This document shows positions 52,835-64,000 of a DNA stretch of 64,000 nt, piece after piece; position 1 is the first letter of the stretch, and each line of letters begins with the position of its first letter. Source of the stretch: Octopus vulgaris (lineage: Eukaryota); assembly GCA_951406725.2 (NCBI GenBank), contig OX597815.1, positions 92,070,001-92,134,000 of the forward strand. Reading direction: 5' to 3'. A model generated the notes under the pieces. The model searched no databases. It saw only the letters and a list, made by a program, of their open reading frames with translations, and had not been told where the DNA came from. The translations under genes were made by a program, and so were the position numbers.

Positions 52835-53939
52835 AGTAAGATGGTGCGCTGGTAGAAACGTTAGCATGCTGGGCGAAATGCATAGCAGTATTTCGGTCAT
52901 CTTTATGTTCTGAGTTCAAATTCTGCTGAGGTTTTATACATGCCACCGGCATGGGTGCTAGTAAGGTGATACTGGTAACGATCACGCTCGAATGGTGTCT
53001 TTTACGTGCCACCGGCATGGAGGCCAGATAGCCGCTCTGGCAACAATCATCCATTCAGGGTTGATTGAATCGACTGGCCCCCTCCCCCAAAAATTCTTGG
53101 GCCTTGAGTAGAAAAGAAAAGCAAAGAAAAAAAAAATTTTAATTGTTTTTTTTTTGCCCAACAAATTCCTGTGAAATTTGGCTGTTATTTCTAGCATGTG
53201 GATAGTCTGCTTGAAGGCCATAGAATTGGGGTAATTTCTTTCTTTCAGAATCATAATCCCCATATTTTTCTAAGTATTTCACCCCAAAATCTTTTGAGAA
53301 AAGTGAAAAATGAAGAGTGGGGAGAGGAGGGGTGAGAAATTGAAATTGCTATTTTAGCCTTTTTTTCCCCAGAATCGGAATCTCCATAGCTGAAAACGTG
53401 GTTTTCCATTTTAAAAAAAAGGGAGCCCCCCCCCCCCCTTATTTTTGGTGAATTCTTTAAAATTTTCAACTTAATTTTATTTACCAATGAAATGAAAATA
53501 AATTAAAAACAAACAAGTTTTTATATATTCTACTTGTATGTTTATACATCATACTGGCCATGGGGAAACATTAGCTAGTTTGGAAAGAGGAAGAGCATCT
53601 AGCAGTAGAAAATCTACATCAATAAACTGACTGCATATATTTGTGGGATGATCCCAAGATGTTGAACCTCATGGACCAGGTTGTCTGACAATGAGGTTTC
53701 TGAGAAGACCTGCCCACTTCAGCTAAACTGAATTCTGGAAGCACCGTGTATTTTGTACTCTCCACCCACAAACTACCTCACACTGTGCACTATCCTACCG
53801 CCCACTTCTGCTCCTGCAGCTCATTCCCCACCTACTCTCTTCTGCATCTGTGTGCCCTCCTTAACTTCTGATTTACCAGCCATCACTCTTCAACCCCACC
53901 TCTCCTTTTATCTGTATTTCACTATATATACAATATACA

Positions 53940-54250
53940 TACAAGCAGTCGTGGCTAAGAGGTAAGAAGCTTGCTTCTTAATCACTGGTTCTTATTCAGT
54001 CTCACTGTGTGGCACCTTGGGCAAGTGTTTTCTACTATAGCCATAAGCCAACCAAAGCCTTGTGAGTGGATTTCCCCCTGCCACTGCTTGACAACTGATG
54101 TTGGTTTATTTACCCCACCCCATAACCTAGTGGTTTGGCAAAAGAGACCAATAGAATAAATACTGTGCTTAAAACCATATTAGCATTGATTTGTTCAACT
54201 AAATTCTTCAAAGCGGTGCCCCAGTCCAATGACTAAAACAAGTAAAGGAT
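53940..54250 (+). mobile_element. SINE family A, older copy
   Basis: Degenerate match to 24329-24717. Confidence 0.72.
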
Positions 54251-55065
54251 ACTTATACACCTTTATACATATAAACACATTGAACTGACAGTAATTCAAA
54301 TATTTGTGAAGCAAAATGTAGCTTGCCATGCTAAAGAACACCAGTGGCGAGTAAAAATATGCCAATGTCTTCATGACAAATGAAATACTCATAACATAAG
54401 AGTCAAATAGGTGACACTCATTGTATAAACCTCAGGCATTCAAAAACAAATTTGTATCTGGATCTAACCTTATCATAAATTACAGAGAATGATATAATTA
54501 ATTTCATTTATTGGAGTTTTTGCATAGATGCTTATTGTTGTCTTCAAATACGCACCTGTCTTCCATGTGTTACCAGATTTGACAAATTTCTATATCTGTC
54601 CGTACTGTGCTGAATTCTGAAATTCATTTACTGACATGATTTCTCTTCAGAGGTCAACTGGGAAGTAGCATCTATAATTTCTAAATTTAATATTCTAGAT
54701 TAGTTCAAACAAGTTGCCTTCAAAGGGGTAGAGTTAGTAAGTCTGCTGATTTCATCCACTACTTCGTTAGCAAGCTTGCCACTTGGTTCTTTTAATGAAA
54801 TTGTCAGTCTTTAGTAGTAGGCATTTCTGGTAAACATTCCTCTTGAGTAAGGCTTAAAAAATTTTTTTTTTTAATTACCCATTTCCATTTTTGTTTCTCA
54901 GTCTCATTTCCCACTATTTGTATTCAAAGATAGCATAATGTTGTATCTATATTATCAAATGGAAAATAGCAATGGAAGGAGAAAAAACAAAGTACAATGG
55001 ATGAAAATGACAGCAAACTTCTGCATGATATGTCTATAGTTTTTTTAGCACGTGTAGTTGTGTGC

Positions 55066-55096
<31 letters not shown>

Positions 55097-55802
55097 TAAA
55101 TGCATATATTCACACCAACACATAAACATATTAAAATATATATTCATAAATAAAAATATGAGAGAGACTGAAAGGCAACCAAACATAGATATTCAATTCC
55201 AAAGTTCTGCAATGAAAAAGTGAGACTGAAATATAACAGCTACAGTAATTTTTGATGTATGGTTTGAAAAAAAAAATTTATGATTTGCAAATAATTAATT
55301 TTAATTATTTTAACAACTCAAAAATCAGTTGGAATTTTAACAAACAAATGATGCAGAAATTGTTAAGAACTTGCAATAGCATTTATCTAACCATTCTGAT
55401 ATACTTATTTCTTTCACTGGTGATTGAGTTAGATTGACTAAACTTAAAAGCTATAACTGAAGTCATTTTAAAGTTTTAAAGTAATGTTATATTGCAGAAG
55501 AAGTTTGAAAACAGTGTTAACCATTCAGTAACAATAATGAAACTAACTGCAACTATGTCTCAAGGAGCTTATAGAAATAATTATTATATTTCAAGGCATG
55601 TTCTACATCCTCTTCAAGTAAATATTTTAACATAAATAGGTAAAGTTTAAAAGACCCTCCAATTGGTAATAAACATCAAATTTGACAAGAACATAGTTTT
55701 ATAAATAGCCTTGCATGCTTGATTTTAACTACATGAAGAAAGTGACAATATGAGAGCAAGAACATGTTGATAGGAAAAACAAGACAGTTAAGTATTTGAG
55801 AC

Positions 55803-55808
55803 TTTATT
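55803..55808 (-). terminator. Candidate polyadenylation signal of the BET gene
   Basis: Minus-strand AATAAA followed ~20 nt later by a GT/T-rich tract (tgtcttgtttttcc). Other candidate hexamers exist. Confidence 0.35.
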
Positions 55809-58800
55809 GCATACATAGTGGACAGGTTGATGAAACAGATTAACAATGTGAAAGAACAACAGTTGGTGTAAAAGTAGTCACCACAGTATTATTCACTGAA
55901 AATAGGAGAGGTGAAAAGGAGATGAGGGTATACAATAATGGATTGATTATTGAGTTTTTACTAGTTGTAACCGAAATATTTAGTGAGATGTGAACACTGA
56001 CACTGGAGGAGTTTCTAACAAAATATTGGCTATAAAAATGACTTCAGAATGTATTTAAGGTAAGAAAATTATAAACAAAATATAAATTAGAAAAGGAAGG
56101 AAAACATTACAAACATATAAGTGGATGATAGAATTTCAGCTAAACACCAATATTGTTACCTTGGAGTGTGTTCTTTAGGGACCTAAAATATTACTTGAAG
56201 GAAACAACAATGCCAAGTTGACATTGAATCCTATTAATGATCATATATATACACACACACGCGCGCATATATATATATATACACACACGTACACACACAC
56301 TATTCCATATTTATATACACACGTATACACTATCACTCAACCCATTCAATGCAAAAGATAAATGAAATTAAAAATTTAAATATATTGAGCAGCAATGTAT
56401 TAGATAACTAAAAGATTAGCAATGAAGTTAAGAGCAATCCCATATCTAGTTAGTTGAGAAGAAAACTGAAGCATGATAAATTGCTGTTTGATTTGCTTTC
56501 CCAGCTTTATATATTTTACATTTAAAGATGAGAAATCCAAAAAAAATTATGAGTACTATATAATAGTAGGCCACCAAAACTGCAACAGCAAAAGGGGAAA
56601 AACATTGCTAAATGAGATTATTTCTTTTTGCCTAGTTGAATGTAATGCGATTTTATTATTGTATTAAATATCTGATGAAAATTACTTCATTATCACTATA
56701 CATGTGAACTGGGAAATGTTAATTCTACAGGTCTAGTGAAACTGCCACAAGCAGAAGTATGTCAATGCCTACAGGTCATTTATAATGTACATCAAGTTAC
56801 TTTCCTCATAGAGGCAACAACTAACCCAAGTTTACACCTGTCATGACAATAAGAAAATAGGTTATATTTGAGAGACAAACAAATAAAATCTAGCAAACAT
56901 GCCTGAAAAAAAAAAAAAAAGAGAGAGAGAGATTTCAATTGGTGCTCCTGTTTATGTGAAATGTTAACTTGAAATGAAATAACTGTAAACATTGAAATGG
57001 AGAGAAACAAAAAACATTGCATCAGATAATCTGCTCCAAGTCCAATTTACATCATATGAGGAGCTAAGGCCATGTTTAACTATATTTAAAAAATATATAA
57101 AATAAAGTACCTACCGTTTACCAAAATGTGTATGTAGTAGTGATTGAAAGTGACACGAATCAAGGGTGGGGAATTATAAATATACAAGGGGCAACAAAAT
57201 ATCTCCAAGCAGCTTCAAATGGAACATTACAGAGAGACAAGTGATTATGTAACAGCTACATAAAGAGAAGGACACTTGTTAGCTGTTGATAAACCTACAA
57301 TACTTTGACTTGTTGATGCAATCATACAATTATCAAGTGACATTCCCCAATCTACAATTAAAGTGCTGGCATGGAGACATCTTTCCAGAATTAATCTTAA
57401 TACAAAATGACTAATATTTAGTGATTTCAGGATAAGCAAGAATCTAATGCAAGAAGGATACTAATGAAGAGAGAAGAGGAGAGGGAGAGGGATCTGTACA
57501 AGATAAACCAAGTATAATTAATACTTCAGATTAAGTACTGTTTAATTAATATTGGTTTTTAACATGTGACATAAAACTACATTTAAAAAAAAATAAATAA
57601 AAGGTGGTGGCAGATAGTTGAAAGAGCAAATTACTGCAAGGAAAATAAAACAAAAAAGGTTGAGTGAGCTTCTACATGATTATCAACAAAGTAAAACAGC
57701 TTTCTCATTGTACATAGTACAATACTAGCTGTAATATGTAAAGCTTTGCTTAACTAGCAGATAAAGTGCTACTGAACTAACACTTTTCCCACTTAATATT
57801 TTATACAAATGTTGCGCTATAGGAGAACACATCAAGTATGTAAAACCAATACCCACAGCTAGAGAATATTTTTACATTCAAAGGTAATACACACATCTGA
57901 ATCAGTGTTTGGAGATTTATCTATTAAAATTGGATATATTTTCCAGATCTTCATTTTAATTCTGAAAGTCTATTATTTCCAACAGCACCCTAACCCACTT
58001 CTTCCATATGAAATCTGTGTATGGGAATGTGTGTAAAATGCAGTTTAATCATGTAACAACCTGCATCAGGTGGATTAGAAATACACCATTGTTAGCAAGT
58101 TGAGGTAAGTAATAATGTTAAGAAGCAGATTTGATGACAACAAATATCTGTCTACCAAAGATATTCTAAATTGTAAGTTTTGAATATCTGACAAAGAAAA
58201 AGTCTGTTAAAGATATTTTAGTCATATCTAGAGGCACATTATGAGAGATAAAGAAAGAGAAAAGGGAGAAATTTTGCCAGTTAACTATTCTAGTTACAAT
58301 CATTACCATCATTGTCCTCTAACTACTACCACCACTATTGCTGCTGTAATATGCTGAAAGTAGCAGCTGAAAGTGAGAGATAACAACAGTAAAACTATGA
58401 GAGGTAAAACAATGCGTACAACAATTACTACTATTAACAATATCAACTGGATATTTTAGTGACAGCAGCTATCATCACTGGTGTATCTAGTTTGTATGAA
58501 TAATCCAATTGCCATTATATGTATGATTTTAATAGCATGAAGCATGGTTTAGCAATAAGACTTTCTGCTACAGTAGAATTAGCAAACAGAGGCAAATTAA
58601 CTTAGTAAAAGAGAATGTGTAATACAATAGCTTAAAACAATATTTAGTATTTGAATAAGAAACTGAATGAAAAACTGGACCTTTCTTATTGATAAATATT
58701 TATAGTTGAACAGAAAAATATCAGAAATTCCAAAAAGGTTTTTCAATTAATACAAAGCAAGGAAGTAAATTAGTAGATATCTGAGCTACTTTGTTTCAAA

Positions 58801-59068
58801 ACTGATTCATTCTTATCTAATATATAACCTAAGGAATATTTTATTTATTGAAATGAATCTGAATTATACAAATGGCTTTTTTTGTTGTTGCTGCTTTTGT
58901 TTGTTTAATGAGTTCAATAACAGAAACACTGCTTAAAAATCAAATGGAAACTAGAGATTCTCGAGAACTATGTATAAAACTAAACACTAAATTACATGGT
59001 CAACTAGACAAATACAATCAATACTGGTACAAATGAATGATCTCTATACTGTTACTCTACATTCAATG

Positions 59069-59100
<32 letters not shown>

Positions 59101-60147
59101 CGAGTTTCCTAATAAAAATGTTATTAGGTATCATGCTAAATGGATTCCCTCCAACCCACAAACTAAGAAATTAATAAACATTAAGTAATTTTAAAAGATC
59201 ATTCTTGAGGTTTTTTTTTGTGTCATTAACCTCCTCCCAAAGCCAAACTGCAATGCACAGATACACATGATTTCATTTATATGATGGTAGCAAAATTTAA
59301 GGGAGAGGGAAGTTTTGTTTAAATAAACTGAATGATTGCAATAAAAATATAAAAAGGCCTAGCATTAAAGGAACACGTTTAAATATTAAAAATAAAAGAT
59401 TTGTTACCTGAAGAAATGTAAACTAAAAGAAAAAGCCAGCAAGTTTTCTGTACACAACACACAATCTCTCTGTGTCTGGTTATAATATACAAGTGCACAA
59501 CAGAGAGAGAGAGAGGGAGAGAGAGAGAGAGAGAAAGAGAGGCTAACAAATTATATATTGTTTCCAGAGAAAAAAAAAAGGAGAGAAGAAAAGCTATACT
59601 GCTTTTTTCTCCAATTGTCTTTTTTCAGATTTTATTAGGATTTTTATTGACTTTTTTTTACAAGAAATTAATGGGTTTTTTTCTGTAAATTTTTGTTTAT
59701 TTTTTTCTAATGACAGGTTTCAATTATTTTTCTGATAACTGTAAAAGTTCCAAATATTACCAGTGTGTGTTAGAGCAGTGGCAGCAGCCTGGCTACAAGT
59801 ACTGAACATATACATATATAAATATATATACATATATCACAACAATGGCATGTACATGCATATCTAATCATACATACACACATTAACTGTACAAGAAAGG
59901 TATAGTGATTGGAGGATCAAGAAATGAGCAATGACAATGTACAGTGAGGTCTAGTAGTAGTAGTAGTAGTAGTAATAGTAGTAGTAGTATAGTTATAGTT
60001 GAAATCCACACCCATATCATGAGTAAAGTCTTAATGGTGTTACACTTGCATGCTCAAATACACCCACAAGCAGGGAAATAATATTAATAATAATGATGAT
60101 GATGATGATGAATGATGATGATGATGATAATAATGATAATAATAATG

Positions 60148-60181
<34 letters not shown>

Positions 60182-60358
60182 CAAAACAAAACGAGTGGGA
60201 TTAAAACAAATCCAGTAAATGTAAGCTGCATGGGAATGGTACATCAAAGTCATGCTAATCAAGACTAGCCTCATCACCACACATTATTATTATTGTCACT
60301 GTTTGTCATAATTCTAAGAGCAACACGACCTTGCTTCATGACTGCAATGTTAATAGCG

Positions 60359-60390
<32 letters not shown>

Positions 60391-61513
60391 GAGTATCAAT
60401 TACATGCGTTTCTGGGAATACAGTAGCATTGTGTTGACGGTAATCCTGGCAATCAGGGGGAAAACAAAATATAGCAGTGGACAAGACACCAAAGAAAATT
60501 ACAAAAGAAATAAATTGATAGCAATGAGAAAGGGTGGGGGGATCAGTCGTAGACATCCATTTTACAGATTACTGACAATGTTTCCCAACTTGTAACATAG
60601 AAAAAGAAGAAAAAAAAAATGCAGATGTCTTCTCAAGCAAACTGAGATCATGTTTGGGTTGGTGTGCCAGTGAGCATGCCTGTGTGTATACATACTCACA
60701 TTAATTTAATAGTTTTTCTACTGCCTTTTTATAATAACTGTCAACAACAGCAATATCTACAACCACAAAGGTAGTGGTGGTGGTGGTGGTGATGATGATG
60801 ATGATAGTGGCGATGAAGATGATGATGACAATGGCGGTGGTGTGTGTATGACAGCACCAAATGGTACGAGACAAGGAATGAAACACAAAAGCTGAAGTGT
60901 TTATGTTGTAAATAGGCAGTAGGAAGGTTAAAGTAGATTGTTGGAATAAATTATTACCAAACAACAAACAATGAAGAATGAAGAGAAACAGCAATGGCTT
61001 TCCTTCCTACCTAAACAGAAATAAAAAATAAAAATTAGTATAGCCTTGTTTCAAAACATCTTCTAGTGTTGGTAGTAAATGGTGTTTATGGTCATTTCAA
61101 TTGTCAAGCAGCACTTGCTGTCCTTCACTAGAAATATTTGTTGTTTGGTTTAGATTAGATTTTCATTATTATTGTCATCTCCATGATAATAGCAGACATT
61201 GCCACAAAAATTCTAGGTGGCTTTTCCCCCTGAGTGGTCAATACAAGCCAAGTGTCCAAGAAGTCGCCAGTCAGCCAAACTTGAAATGAAGAGGGATAAT
61301 AATGAGAGCGGCAACAGTGGCAGTAGTCTGCTGCTGTAGACAGTTTGACAAGAACTAAGACCACTAATACCATATACAATCACAGAATCATGCACACACG
61401 CATACACACACACACACACATTCACACAATCTCAGTGTATATGGAGGCAGTGGTAGCAGAAAACAACAGCAGACAAACTTAAGTCGTTGGATGACTAACA
61501 GCCATATTTCATC

Positions 61514-61579
61514 TCAGAGCATGCCTTCAAATGATGCCATTAAGTCACTCTGTTCATTCAAATCAATCTGGTTTGCCGT
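61514..61579 (-). CDS. BRD4: Terminal coding exon of a BET bromodomain protein (BRD4/fs(1)h-L-like), P-TEFb-binding C-terminal motif
   Basis: Strong acceptor ctttttgttttctcttttcag|, then TANQIDLNEQSDLMASFEGML*, resembling the BRD4 C-terminus [22 protein letters not shown] (recalled from memory). Upstream exons are not seen in the window. Confidence 0.85.
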   Translation of the reverse strand, partial: TANQIDLNEQSDLMASFEGML

Positions 61580-61775
61580 CTGAAAAGAGAAAACAAAAAG
61601 CACCATTAAATTTAGCCTAAAATGTTTTCTATTATTGATAATAAAGAAATAATTATACAAACAAAATATTCTTCAATTTCAAGATTTTCAAACATTAGCT
61701 ATTCTTCTAAGTTATGCAAACATTACTCTCTCTCTCTCTCTATATATATATATACACACACACACACATATATAT

Positions 61776-62092
61776 CATCATCATCATCATTTAACGTCCG
61801 TTCTCCATGCTAGCATGGGTTGGACGGTTCGACCGGGGATCTGGGAAGCCAGAAGGCTGCACCGGGCTCCGGTCTTATCTGGCAATGTTTCTACAGCTGG
61901 ATGCCCTTCCTAACGCCAACCACTCCATGAGTGTAGTGGGTGCTTTTTATGTGCCACCTGCACTGGTGCCAGGCGAGGCTGGCATCGGCCACGGTCGGAT
62001 TGGTGCATTTTACGTGCCACCTGCACGGAAGCCAGTCGAGGCGGCACTGGCTTTGGCCACGATTTGGATGGTGCTTTTTACGTGCCACCGAC
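61776..62092 (-). mobile_element. RTE-type 3' end, CpG-rich young copy
   Basis: (ATC)n tail, gtttctacagctggatgcccttcctaacgccaacc and internal repeats. Confidence 0.85.
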
Positions 62093-62144
62093 ATATATAT
62101 ATACATATACACACGCACATATATATATATATAAATAAAATTCT

Positions 62145-62960
<816 letters not shown>

Positions 62961-64000
62961 AATGCAAAAGTTTTCTAAGTACAAAACATTGCTTTTTCAG
63001 AAAACGAAAAAATAGTTTCACCATTCCATAGCAAAACTGTTGTACTACACTTTGACAATTTTTGATATCTTGGCATCTGAAGTAGCAGGAAATACGATAG
63101 TTTGACCAAAAGAACTGCAAGCAAAAATAAATATTTTTTTCTACTCTAGGCACAAGGCCTAAAATTTTTAGGTGCTCAGTCAATTAGATTGACCCCAGTA
63201 CACAACTGATCCTTAATTCATCAACCCCAAAAGGATGAAAGGCAAAGTTGACCTCAGCAGAATTTGTATTCAGAAGGTAAAGACAGACGAAATATGAGTA
63301 ATACTGAGAAAGGTGGCTTAGTACCAGGCAATGAGAAGTTAGAGTTTGAATAGGGAGAGAAATAGATGTCTTTCCACAGAGGAGATACATGGCTACCCCA
63401 GCTAATGAGAGGCAGGAAAGATAAGATGGTGAAGATGTAATGGAGCAGGGATGGAGTAGGATGAATAGATGGGTAAGTTCATGAGAATGCAAAAGAAGAG
63501 TTGGAGATGGTGGGAAGGGTAATATAGCAAGTGGGCACAGATAGAGAGAGATGGTGTTAGGAGGATATGTTGTGAGAAGAGATTAAACAGGGACATAGAG
63601 TGCAGGTAGGTTTGCTCTTGTTTTTTTACATCACTGGCTGCATCTTTTGAAGCTCAGCAAATTGCTATCACCATCTACACTGTAAGGTTCAACATCTGAA
63701 AATCATTTCCCCTCATTTTGTCTTCCTCTTACACAGGTTCCCTCCACATCCAAAGATCAGCACCCCTTTATGCAGTTGTTTTGATTATTATGCCGCACAC
63801 ACCACCTGATGCCTCTTATACTCAATTTCTCTCTCAAAACACACTGTTGTACATGCACACTAACATCCCACTGTTGTTCATGTACAAATATCATACTATT
63901 TGCCCTTCACTCTGACGGAGAGGCCTTTTGCTACCAACAAAGGTAATAGCTCTTTGAACTTTGCTCAACCAGTTCTTATCTAACTTTCAGAGCATCATCC

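Overview
AT-rich, repeat-dense eukaryotic genomic DNA. The repeat content (RTE-clade LINEs with (GAT)n tails, tRNA-derived SINEs, long (TA)n tracts) looks like a cephalopod (Octopus-like) genome; this is an inference. Three spliced genes can be built by hand: (1) a 9-exon CNBD2-like cyclic-nucleotide-binding protein on + (8457-26059, 579 aa); (2) a convergent 3-exon METTL21A-like lysine methyltransferase on - (38672-30126, 240 aa); (3) the last coding exon of a BET/BRD4-like gene on - (61579-61514, P-TEFb-binding C-terminal motif), followed by a probable ~5.7 kb 3' UTR. The rest is decayed RTE and L1/Tx1 LINEs, mariner, Tigger and pogo fossils, SINEs and microsatellites. The most notable signal is in intron 4 of the CNBD2-like gene: a type I hammerhead ribozyme with an intact core (- strand, ~16556-16622) inside a 338-bp terminally redundant unit, which is the architecture of a non-LTR retrozyme (circular-RNA-producing element). 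A second, Penelope-type hammerhead motif lies at ~18017-18158. Also notable are a ~550-bp inverted duplication flanking the METTL21A terminal exon and several other fold-back structures.
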